Made by a program: the position numbers and the translations under genes | Notes under the pieces: model-generated | Seen by the model: only the letters and a program-made list of their open reading frames with translations | Database searches by the model: none | What the model was told of the DNA's origin: nothing | NCBI RefSeq assembly: GCF_001194135.2 | Contig: NC_068982.1 | Span: 59,594,910-59,658,909, forward strand | Source of the DNA: Octopus bimaculoides | Lineage: Eukaryota | Reading direction: 5' to 3' | Length of the DNA stretch: 64,000 nucleotides | Shown: positions 52,585 through 64,000 of the stretch, one piece after another | Numbering within the stretch: the stretch's first letter is position 1 | How the letters are laid out: each line of letters starts with the position of its first letter

Positions 52585-52940
52585 TTTTACTTGTTTCAGT
52601 CATTACACTGAATTCTTAGTTCAGTGAATGAACCCCACTACTTCGTTTTTCTTGAGCCTGGCATTTATTCTATTGACCTCTTTTACTGAACCTCTAAGTT
52701 ACAGGGAATGTAAACACATCTACACCAATTGTCAATTGGGGTGGGGGAACAAACAGACACAAAGGCACACTGACACACATATACAGTGGGCTTCTTTCAG
52801 TTTCCATCAACCAAATCCACTCATAAGGCTTTGGTCAGCCTGAGGTTACAGTAGAAGACACTTTCCCAAGGTGTCTCACTGTGGGACTGAACACAGAACC
52901 ATATGGTTGGGAAGCAAGCTTCTTACCACACAGCCACACT
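52585..52940 (-). mobile_element. SINE family B
   Basis: ttttacttgtttcagtcatt...gggcttctttcagtttcc...cttaccacacagccacac. Confidence 0.88.
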
Positions 52941-54954
52941 TGCGACTATTTTAAGTAAAACAAAATTGTTATTCAAAATGAAACATTCCTGGAAAATAAT
53001 TTGTCCAGAATGGGTTAATATAATTATTATTATTATTATTATTATTATTCATTATCATTGCCACAGGCATCCTCATCATCATCACTACCATTGTCTCTTT
53101 TACTCCTCCTTCTTTCTCTAAATAAAATGGTCACTTTTGTTTTTTTACACCCACAGAGTCTAATAGAATGTAGAGTCTATAAATTGGGACTGATTCCTTT
53201 GTTATTACTCTCACTAATGATTTAAAACACTTCTTGGTTTTCATGGGCATAATATTATCAGAACTTTATGAGTAAAGTTTGGTCACTGAGACTAGGCTTT
53301 GCATATTTTTGCATATGATTAAGACAGGGTAAGGAAAAAAAGTTCTCTAGAAATACTTTAAGAAAAATAAGTAGGTGAGGATGCATACGTATCAAGTTCA
53401 CAATTCAATAACAAACAAAACATCCATGCCTTGGCTACATAGGGGAAGATGGATATAAAAATGATATATAACATCAGCCATCAAGATGACTATGAACAAA
53501 ATGATCCATATTTTTACTTGTGTATAAAGAATGGACTGCTTGGCCATTAGTATCGAGAAGAGCACTAAAGTGACAATCATGGTATCTAATTTCAGTAATG
53601 TATTTTAACAGATTAAAGATTAGATTCTAGAGTTCAGAATAATTTGATATAGGCATGCAGTTCTTTGGATATTAATAATATCACCATATTAGCATTTACT
53701 TCCATTATAATCATTTTTATGATTGCTGATATTATTATTATTATTATTATTATCATCATCAAAATGAAAATACAAATTACAAAAATAGAACCATAAGAAA
53801 TAGTAGTAGAAGAACAAATTGAAAGAGTGTTTTACATCCAGCGACTTGGTTTGCAAAAGACATTAAGATGTCTGGAGAGAAATCACAAATATTAATTTTG
53901 ACTGAATGAAGAAATAACTGGACAAGACAAAGACAGGCAAACTGTCCATATAATTAATAACCTACAGATTCATTCAAGGAAAGATCATCACCACATGGGG
54001 GATGATATAAGTGGTATTAGAGAGTATTGACTTGCACTTTTGGAGCAAAAAATGCAATGTAAATGTAGCAGCATTTTCACTGCAATATCTTAATCATGTC
54101 CTTTCATATGTATGTATATCATGTGTATATGTGTACTTGTATATGCAAGAATATATGGTCATTTTTAAACACATACGCACTTGGAGGTATGGATGCATGT
54201 ATACATAACTTCACATGTGCATGAATATACTCATTGAATCTCTGTATATATATGTCAAACCTAGCCATTATAAAATGCATAATACAGCAATACATAGATG
54301 ACTCACAACAACCATTTATATTTGAGTGTTCTGTTTTATGGAGTTACTTTTTTTTAATGTTGCTGTCTATACGTTTTTGGTAGAGGTGGATATGACTTGA
54401 AATTTGATGATTTGGCAGTTTACCAAATTATTGATGGCTTTTGCCTCCTCCCATTCCTTGACCAATACTGTCAACTCTACAACCAGTGCCTATAAATTTT
54501 ACTTAAAATTTCAGGTTAATTTCATCTAATGATTTTCATATGCCCTCACATATATAAATTCACAGATACACATTTTCATACAGACACATTAATACTTATA
54601 CAAGGTCACAAGGACACACATAATGTCACTGATAAAAGTTTAAAACTCAAAACCATGCCTTGAAAGACATTTTGACATGAAATAATTTATCTGCTGTTAA
54701 TATTGTTGTTGTTTAAGCTCAGGTTAGCTTTCAACCAAAAGCCTTCCAGCCATAACTATCGTATTTTTTAAGGTCTGTTTCCTATTTTTATGAGTGCTGA
54801 ATATAATTTAAGGGAAATCTGCAGCTGTTTGTTGCAGGACATGCAAGCTTGTAGAAGTTCTCTTGTATTTCTATTTGGAGACAGTATTTGGTTTGTATAA
54901 CTGATGTGGTGGGCTACAGAATGAGTGTGTTGCTAATGTCGTGTTGTTTTAGAC

Positions 54955-55231
54955 CTGTGGTTCCCAAACACTTTCAGGTTACTAACCCCTTGGCACCGAG
55001 GCACATTCCTAGCCCCCCCCACACACACACACACCACCACAAACATAGACTTCTTTCTGCATCAACTTTAAAACAAGTATATTTCACCAATAAAACAACC
55101 TGATTAACCCATTATTTTGTTGCTTTTACATCCATTGCCCCCTTTTGGCCACCCCATTATCACCCCCACTTTTCCCCTGGATCTTTCCCCCACCCGTAAA
55201 GGAACAGTACCACCCACTTTGGGAACCACTA
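54955..55231. mobile_element. hAT-type MITE
   Basis: TIRs ctgtggttcccaaa / tttgggaaccacta; 8-bp TSD ttttagac / ctttagac. Confidence 0.85.
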
Positions 55232-55439
55232 CTTTAGACAATCATAGTTACTGGTTAATTGAAAGTTTGGTTTATGTTTAATGTAGTTGGACAAATTATT
55301 AAACTTTGACAAAGAGAATAGAATTTTGTTTTTATTGTTTTGTTCATTGAGATTAAAAGAATATTCCAAACAAGAAAATTTATCAGACATAGCAGTGCTT
55401 GCTTGGTTCTTGCTTGCTTCCCCTGCTTGATGGGGCTGG

Positions 55440-55612
55440 AGTCATTCCAAGTTAGTAGTCCTAGAGAAGTCATGCTCTCCATCACTGGCAGTCCCACACT
55501 AACCCCTGCTGCATCCTCCAAGGTCACATCAAGCCTCTGAAGATCTTCCCCATTCACATCAAGCTATGTGGTATGGAGCCTGCCATGAGGCCTCTTCCAG
55601 CCTGCAGTTGCT
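55440..55612 (-). mobile_element. RTE/L2-like LINE C-terminal fragment
   Basis: Minus strand GWKRPHGRLHTT*LDVNGEDLQRLDVTLEDA resembles WKRPRGRPRTRW.D.I..DL..L.ITLEDA. Confidence 0.55.
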
Positions 55613-55810
55613 ACGGTGACATGGATGCGTGTTTAAGAAATATGTTTTACAACCACAAGGTTCCAGGTTCAGTCCTATTGCATGGTACCTTGAACAAGTA
55701 TCTTCTGCTATAACCTTAGGCTGACCAATACTTTGTGAGTGGATTTGATGGATGGAAACTGAAAGGAGCCTGTCATATATATGTATGTGTGTGAGAGAGA
55801 GAGAGTCTGT
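55612..55810 (+). mobile_element. SINE family B, 5' half
   Basis: acggtgacatggatgcgtgtttaagaa...ggttcagtcc...ggaaactgaaaggagcc. Confidence 0.75.
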
Positions 55811-57761
55811 TTGTCTTTCCTTGTGTTGACATCGTATGACATTGTAGAACAATGCCATTCAGTTCCTCTATTCTGTGGAAACACTTTTGCTATGGGGAAA
55901 TATTACCTTGTTTGGAAACAAGGGCTGGGGAATGGAAGGCATCTGACCATAGAAAATCTGTCTCAAACTCTATCTGACCCATGCAAGTAGGGAAAAGTGA
56001 ACGTTAAAACGATGATGATTTCCATATTTCCAAGAAATTTGGTTTGACATGAAAATGCTTCCAAAATGATCTTAATGGTAATTAGGACACAGTGTTGGGT
56101 TGTAATTAATTTTTTAATTGAAAAATATAATGCTAAATTATTGAGAATCTAATGAAAAAGAAGAAATATGAAAGGCTTATTAGAAAAATAAATCCACAAT
56201 TAACTGCTCAATGTCCCAAAATGTATTAGCAATGATTAGATCCACTTTTATTGACTGACATGCAAGTAAATATGCTTAGTCTAAACGATCTAGACAGGAA
56301 TTCTTATTTGAAATTTAAAATAAAATAAGTAAAAAAGGGAAAGATTCAACAGGAAATGGTATTGTTATAATTATTATGCCAAAGGAAGAAATACTTGGAA
56401 ATACTGACGAGAAAGACATTGTGTTTGGGTGTGTAGGAATCACAAACAAAATCATACATACATGCCATATCTGAGTTTGTAAAACAAATACATATATAGA
56501 TTATTACTGAGCTAATATTTTTCTAAAATAAAAGCAATTTCTAAAAAAATATATAGAGTTTCCAAGCAATTAATATTTCCTGGCAGTTTGAATATTCGTA
56601 GTGATGTAGAATAACATTTCTTGAAAAAAAAAGTTTGTTTTTCTCCTCAGCATTTATGCTGCAAAGACCTTTATACCTGCATTCTTTTATTTATTTCATG
56701 TGCATGTATACCTTATATTTTTCTTTTAAATCTTAGGTCTAGCCAATAATGGAAATTTGCATCATTGGGGAAGGCACTGTTTTTGAACTTGGCTCAACTG
56801 TTAAAATTTTGTGTAAATTACATTAAAATTGTTAACATGGCACCATGTGCATTTTGGATTTTGTTTTATTTTATAATTAACAATTTTTAGTTTATTTTTT
56901 TATCTATAAAAAAGAAAATTATCTAGTCAGCTGGAGTTCTCTTTCAGATCTGTTTATTTGGCCAGGAGTTTGGCAGACCTTATTTCGGAAGGGAAATAGT
57001 AATCTATTTTATGAATACACAAAGGAGACCTATTTTATTGGCTTTGTTTTTATTACAAATTCCTACATAGAAGAATTTTAATTTTTTTTGCTAAGTGTCA
57101 TAATTAAGAAATCTACATCCGTTTTGTTTCTTAAAACTTATACCTTAATTGGCGAAGCAACATTAACATTTCTTATTTGTTCTTTATGCTGTAAGCTAGG
57201 GCTCAATGGATGTGCATTATAGCCTCGAATTCCTTATAAGTAATTTAATCAAAGAATTTGAGGAGTTATGCTCGTTTTTTTCTTTTAATATTTTTATACA
57301 CATTATTCATTAAGTTTCCATACAATTTTCATTATCCATACATATGTCTCTCTCCCAGTAATTACAAAGGCAATTGTCTGCCTGGAAAAAGTAAAATCTT
57401 GTGAAAACATTAAATAACAGGAAAGAATGATATTTAATTTTAATTAGAATGTTTAGAAGGTCAGGACTAATAGTTGTCAGAGTAAAATGCTTACCTACTA
57501 ACCACATGGTCATAAGCTCAAATTTTAATGTTGCCAAAACCAGGTAACTAACAATACTGAGTCCAGTTGGCCTGACTACTTAAAATACAGGTTCCTCCCA
57601 TACTTCCTCAGTTGAAAAGTTCGCAATAGAAAGTGTACTAAATTGTAAATGACACTGCTTTGAGAAATAAGCCACCACATTCAGGCAAGTGTGGAAAAAT
57701 GGATGTAAAATGGTGGAAAGAAAAATTTCCCTTTGCTACCAAAATTAATATTGATTACAAA

Positions 57762-57972
57762 TTTTGGCACAAGGCCAAGCATTTCGTGGAAGAGGGCTAG
57801 TTGATTATATTGACCTCAGTACTCAGCTTGTACTTATTTTATCAACTCTGAAAGGATGAATGGCAAAGTTGACCTTGGCAGAAATTGAACTCAGGACATA
57901 AAGACAGACAAAATACAGCTAAGCATGCTAATATTGCCCAGCATGCTAATGATTCTGCCACCTCACCACCTT
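57762..57972 (-). mobile_element. SINE family A
   Basis: caaattttggcacaaggcc...ctgccacctcaccacctt. Confidence 0.85.
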
Positions 57973-58697
57973 TACTTGAAAATTGGTATTGCTATATCAT
58001 TATGTGTGTAATGTACAAATTTACATCAATATTGATGTATATCTGACATAAAATTCATTAAATTCAAGAAATCTCTCTCTTTTTTTTTTTTAAGATTTTT
58101 CATTGAATGGAAATAACTATCAAATAATATATATTTCATTCAATAACCAAGCTTTCCAACAAACAGCTATAAGATATTAGGGAAATGTTTACACATTACT
58201 GTCATATTTCTAAGAAAGTTATTCTAGGAAAGAATTCTAACTACCATACTGCTAAATAACAGTATGTCATTATTAGATAAGCATAAACTAACTTATTTGC
58301 CGCCAAGTTTCTTAAATTACTTTAAAATACCAAAGACACAGCTGTCCATTCCAGTAATAATTATTACTTCAACACATTAAATTTCATTACAAACACATCA
58401 TATTGAGTAGGTGCATAATGAGGTTGAACAAATGGAACCCTTCATTTTGATGGCTATATTGAGATCATACACTCTACCTTGTATCATAAAGACTGCTTTC
58501 AGGCATTGTAATATTGATTCTTTTTCTAGCCCTACTATGAAAATGGTAAATGGCTCTGAAGACAAGCAGAATAGTACTTTATTTTTTGCTAAGTATATTG
58601 TCTTAGCTGCTTCATGGTTTATGTTCTGGACTTATAGATTATTAGTTGAAACTCATGTTCTATATTACCATTATCTGGATTGTTGTTTAAGGGGTAT

Positions 58698-59063
58698 TTA
58701 TTATTACCTCCGCTTTCGCTAAGGCGGAGGTATCGTTTTCAGTCATGTTTGTTTGTTTGTCCATGGACACGATATCTCAAGAACCACTGGATGGATTCGA
58801 ATGAAACTTTCAAGGATGTTTGGCCTCATGACTGGCATGAAATGATTAGATTTTGATTAGATTTTGGGATTGATCCAGTACCGGACAAGGATTCTGGATT
58901 ATTTTTCCTGGTTTTTTACTTAATTTTTGAGAGTGGTCAAGTTCATTTTTAGAATTTTCATTTGTGAGAGCAGTCAAGTTTATTTCAGATATTCTCATTT
59001 TAAAAACCATCTCTGGCCAATCGTTGAGAGGATGTTGGTGTTGCCTTGGCAGAGGTTTGTGCT
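58698..59063 (+). mobile_element. Non-autonomous Helentron-like (HINE/DINE-1-type) element
   Basis: 5' hairpin tacctccgc/gcggaggta (58705-58732); (tgtt)n microsatellite; core gatatctcaagaaccactggatggattcgaatgaaactt; 3' sub-terminal copy ccttggcagaggtttg; no terminal TIR or TSD. Confidence 0.6.
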
Positions 59064-60074
59064 TGTTATTATTGCTTTTTTATCTTAACTAACTCCTTAT
59101 TAAATTACAATTTAACAAATATCAAGGAAATTATTGGAAGAATTGAAACAACAAATTGGTTCTTTAATGACTCTACTATCAGAATGGTCAATAATTTGGG
59201 TTTTTTTCTTTTCAAAAACAAGCAGACTGATACATCTACTTTTCCATTAAAAAACAAATTTGTATACTTATATTTTTAGCTAACATGATATTGTTTAACT
59301 CTAGATCAATCCTATTCTGGAACCTTTCATTAAAGCCACCCCCACTGTAAGTATTCAATCTTTTTTTTTTTTTCACAGATACTATATCTAGGATTACTTT
59401 GTTCAATATCCTTTATTTTTAAGATAGTATCATGTGTTCTTTGAGAAATTTGGTTGCTATTTCAAACAAGTTTGTCAAACTCATAAAGATGCTTTCATAA
59501 GCTCATTTTTTACTGAAGTAAAAAGGCTTTTAGTGGGTAATGTTCTAGCTGCTGGCAGCATAGATTATCATGCTAAACTCATTTTATATATTTTAAACTA
59601 TCCTTGAACAAGACTTGTATCACATAGCTCCACAAAAACGGATTTAGTACAAAATATTTCTATTCTATAATAGAACTAGCATACTGGTGTGCTGGTGGAT
59701 AAAAAAATGGTCAAATCTTAGAATAGCTGAAATTAAGTAGGATGTTAACTAATTAATATAATTTTGGTAAGCACTGACTGACTGTGTTATGATTTGTTAA
59801 TTATTTACTTCATGCCCTACTCAAGATGACTTAATAATATTATCTTTCCGTGATCAATAAAGTGAGTTCAAATAAGACTTAGTGATGTGAGACCATATTT
59901 GTTAAGTAGTCACTCAAATTTTACTTTCACTCATCCAATGGATTTTTGGATAGCAAATTCTTAAATGTTCATGGATCTAAATTGCAGTCAATTAACAAAC
60001 CCAACTGATTATGTTTCATTATCATTCCCAGTTTATATTAAGGATTGACAACACTTCATGTTACATTTTTGTTT

Positions 60075-60430
60075 TTATCTTTTGTTTGCTTGTCATTAGA
60101 CTGTGGCCATGCTGGGATACCACCTTGAAGAAATTTGGTCAAATCAATACTTTTTTCCTTTTTTTGAGCTTGGCACTTATTCTGTCGACCTGTTTTGCTG
60201 AACCACTAATTTACAGAGATGTAAATAAACAAATACCAGCTTTCAAGTGGTTGTAGAGAACAAACACAAAGACACACACACACACACATGATGGGCATCT
60301 TTCAGTTTCTGTCTTCCAAATTCACTCACAAGGCTTTGGTTGGCCCAAGGCTAAAGTACCACACATTAGGATTGAACCCAGAACTACCTGGTTGGGAAGC
60401 AAACTTCTTACCACACAGTCATACCTGCAT
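60075..60430 (-). mobile_element. SINE family B
   Basis: gtcattagactgtggccatgctggg...cttcttaccacacagtcatacct. Confidence 0.85.
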
Positions 60431-61371
60431 GGTTGCTTTTGAAAAAGCAAACACTCTAATCACCAAAATAATTGATGCTCTAAATTTTTAGCTCCATCTC
60501 AGTATTACTATGAAAAGAATGAAGTTTAAATTGTAACATTAACACAAAATAATTTTCTGTTCTTTGTAAATCTTCCTGGATGAGTTCTGACCAAGTCACT
60601 GCATTAAAATTATTTTTAATGAGAGAAAAATGCAATGTTATTGACAATGAGGTCAATAATTTCAACAAGGATGGCTTGGGGTTTTCTGTTGGTTTTGACA
60701 ATTAGCAGTCAGTTGTTAAACCAATTACTTTCCTGCTTAAGAAATTAATGTGAAAGTGGCTGAGTATTCTACAGACTAGTGTAGTTCAATTGCAGTTCTT
60801 AAGTCAACTGAACACAACACAAGGTGATGGGGCTAGATCTTTGAATGTGTGTATATGAGAGAGGGGAAAGAGAGAGAGAGAGAGGTGGGGGATCCAGAAA
60901 GGATGAAAAGCAAAATTGACTTTGGTGAGATTTGAGCTCAGAGCACAGATATCCAAAACGAATAGAGGTTGGTATAGCAGTATTTTAATAAATCAAGTAC
61001 TAATCTGTACAGAAAGTTATGTTCTTGTTTTAAACTAAGATTGCTATTTACTTCTTTCTTAAAAGATATGAAAGTATCTCATGAGGTGACGATACTCACA
61101 AAGTATTCCTTAACGCTCAATTCTCCTTTAAACCAATGCTTAAGTAACTTTGTTATCTTTTAATTTTATCATTCACTTCACATCTGTGAAGTAAAAACTC
61201 AAAACCCTCCACTGAATATTTGTGCTAATTTAGTACTGATGAAGAATTCAGCTTCAATTCCAAACAGGAAAAACAACTATTATGAGTTTGGTATGCAACA
61301 GAATATAGAATGTTAATTATGTAATAAACAATAGTTTTCAATGTCCACCATAAAAGAAATTGCTACTTCAG

Positions 61372-61423
61372 GTGGTCCCTATTTGTATTCATGCTTAGAA
61401 GTCTTGGCACCATGCCATTTTGG
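61372..61423 (+). CDS. Candidate 52-nt exon
   Basis: ttgctacttcag| ... ttgg|gtaaat; two open frames (WSLFVFMLRSLGTMPFW or GPYLYSCLEVLAPCHF). No homology recognised. Confidence 0.2.
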
Positions 61424-62889
61424 GTAAATTAGTAAGAATTCAACCTGTCAGTATTTAGGTTGGATTTTCAGCTTTTACCTCTCCACTTTTGCCTCCAAGG
61501 TGTCCTCTAACACTAATGATGTACATATGCTTCTGAGAATATCCAATATCTTTCACCACAAAATTTTCATGTGCAATTACTTGGAGCTTTCGTATTTTGC
61601 AAATATGCTTTTATTATTGATATTATCATTAACATTACAATTATTTTATATCAGAAATTACAACTATCATCATCCTCATTCTTGTATTTGTAGTTGTTAT
61701 TGTTGAAATTCTTAAAAGCATCAAATAGCATACAGATTTCTTTGGCAGACAAACACAATTTTTAAAAAAATATGTAAACATATCGTAAAAATCTGCAAAG
61801 GACTACTTTATCGGTATCAGAGCAATTATTGGAAGATACCACCAGATAGATAATACATTACAGATGTGTCTCTGAGAAACTGATGAATGGAAATGGCCAC
61901 ACACACCTAAGAGGGAAAACGTTTTTATAAAAAATGGGTGGATATAGGCCTTTGCATTGGGTTTCATCAATTTGGTATCATTGAAGTACAGATTTTCAAA
62001 GAAAGCCTCACAGTAAAACATTCTATGGTGTCCTGTAGGAATTAAGAATTTGCCCTTTTTCCCTTTTATTTGGGAAGATGAATAATGACAGTAAAAATAG
62101 TGCCAGTAATAATGACAGTAAAAATGGTGAGTTAAAAATCTGGTGAGTTATAAAATGTGTTTTCCTCAAGGGAAGCGATATGATTTGTCTATATTTTTGT
62201 GAATATCTGAAAAGTTCCTGGGTCTAACTCAACTGTCTAATTGGGCCAAAAGATTTATGTTGTGGTGAAGGGCAGAAGATGCAGGTGCTACATATTTAGT
62301 GATGCCAAATGTCTGAAAATCTATAGCTTATAACAGAAAGTGAAAGCATGGGGGACTCTACTGCCTCAAAGACCACAAACAAGAACAATTACAATACCAG
62401 TAAGAATGGTTAGCAGTATCAGCAGAAAATCCTTGTTCTTTGAAAATGAAGTAGTTAATAGACAATATTACTTACATGGTATCATTTAGGAAAAATGGTT
62501 TGGAAATGGTATGAGTGTCCTGAGCTAGATGTTATCAAAGAATCTGACCAAGATACTGCACTTTAGAATAGAGCATAGAAAGATCTGGTGCCATATATGT
62601 AACTATTTGCATGAACCACTTGTCAGTCTCCTGATTACAATAGAATCAAAGACAGCATGGATTTACACTGATGCTGACAGTGAAACTATAATAACATCAA
62701 TATTAACAGCAATAATAACTGCCATAAAGATCCCAAACACACCAGCACCATTCTGAGATTATTTTGGCCACAATAGCACCAACCATAACAGATAAGTGTC
62801 TTCTTTTCTCTTAAACAAAATGGACCTAAAGAATTCAAGTACAAACAGACAAAAACAGACAAAAATAAGCCCTATGTATACAGACATGT

Positions 62890-63205
62890 TAAGGTATGTG
62901 ACTTAGTGATTAGAGAATTTGACTCAGGATCATCAAGTTGTGAGTTCAATTCCTGGCAGTTCATTGAGTCCTTGAGCAAGACACTTTATTTCACATTGCT
63001 TCAATTCACTCAGCTGGCAAAAATTAGATGTACCTGTAGTGCAAAGGGCCAGCCTTGTCACATTCTATGTCATGCTGAATCTCCTTGAGAATTACATTAA
63101 GGACATGTGTGTCTGGGGAGTGCTCAGCCACATGCACGTTAATTTCATGAGCAGGTTGTTCCAATGATCAGATCAACTAGAACACTTGTCAATGTAACTG
63201 ACAAA
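62890..63205 (+). mobile_element. Chimeric SINE: family C head and core joined to the family D 3' module
   Basis: gtccttgagcaagacactttatttcacattgc...cagctggcaaaaa (C), followed by aaagggccagccttgtcaca...gtgctcagccacatgcacgttaatttcatgagcagg (as at 44815-44930). Confidence 0.8.
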
Positions 63206-63774
63206 GTTCCAGTATGCAAACACAAACAATACAGTTACATACACAGACTTACTGCTGTTCTAAAGCTTTTCCACTTATATCTCCCTCTCACATCTTGTCA
63301 AGCAACAAAGATGAAAAGAAGGAGCTATGGCAGAAAGTTGTAGCTGGAATGAAAAAAAGGGAGAAGGAAAGCTAGTATCAGAAACATGATGCTGAAGGCC
63401 AGAAAGATCAACAAGGCACCAAAGGACTAGCCAACCATTCACCCACCACTACCATTATTGCTATCACCAAACAGGAATTAAACTCATTACAAAGCCAGGA
63501 ATAGGAAATACACAAGAACTGCAACAACAGCCAAAACAAATTTTTTAAAAAACTGAAGAAACAATTAGATTTGTAATAAGAACAACAACGCTGCAACTAC
63601 AACTCCAAGAAACACATGAACAGGAAAAAACATAATGACAGATAAAACAAGATCAAAAGAAACAACAACAAAACCAACAACTACAGAAGTAACACAAGCC
63701 ACCAAACACACCTTTTCAACACCACTGTTGTATAAAAAAAAAATACAGTAAATAAAATTACAAAAGTTTTTCTA

Positions 63775-63962
63775 ATTTTGGCCAGCAATTTTGAGAAGTG
63801 GAGAAAAGTCGATTGCATTGATCCCAGTACTCGACTGATACTTGTTTTATCAACCCCCAAGAGGATGAAAGGCGAAGTCAACCTAGGCAGTGTAGTGACA
63901 GACAACATGCCACTAAGCATTTCACCAGGCATACTAACGATTTTGCCAGCTAGCTGCCTTAA
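63775..63962 (-). mobile_element. SINE family A
   Basis: gccagcaattttgag...gatgaaaggcgaagtcaacct...ttgccagctagctgcctt(aat)n. Confidence 0.85.
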
Positions 63963-64000
63963 TAATAATAATAATCTTTTTACTCTTTTACCTGTTTCAG

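Noticed and set aside
56700-57660. Several short exon-like segments, including an Ig-like-looking VFELGSTVKILC
   Set aside because: No consistent frame or donor set, with in-frame stops adjacent.

Overview
AT-rich, gap-containing eukaryotic genomic DNA with the repeat landscape of a coleoid cephalopod (Octopus-like; inferred from the abundant tRNA-derived SINEs and microsatellites, not from a database match). It reads as intronic or intergenic. I could not confidently identify any host protein-coding gene, and nearly all ORFs in the track are microsatellite, gap or repeat artefacts. Supported content: several tRNA-derived SINE families (my working labels A, B, C, D) in dozens of copies; RTE-like LINE 3' fragments with a (GAT)n-tailed 3' UTR family (E); a 5'-truncated L1/Tx1-clade LINE; a DD37D (maT-type) transposase relic; mariner deletion derivatives; a hAT MITE with an 8-bp TSD; a Helentron/HINE-like element; two long inverted-repeat elements; and a ~165-bp tandem array. 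Most interesting observations: (1) the Tx1-like LINE 3' end matches the 3' tail of full-length SINE-A copies (36/42 nt), suggesting a SINE-LINE partnership; (2) a Penelope-type hammerhead ribozyme motif with an intact catalytic core at ~16.8 kb, plus more degenerate copies; (3) a dense nested inverted-repeat cluster at 27.4-29.9 kb that would form long dsRNA if transcribed; (4) modular exchange of SINE heads, cores and tails. A few exon-like segments are listed at low confidence.
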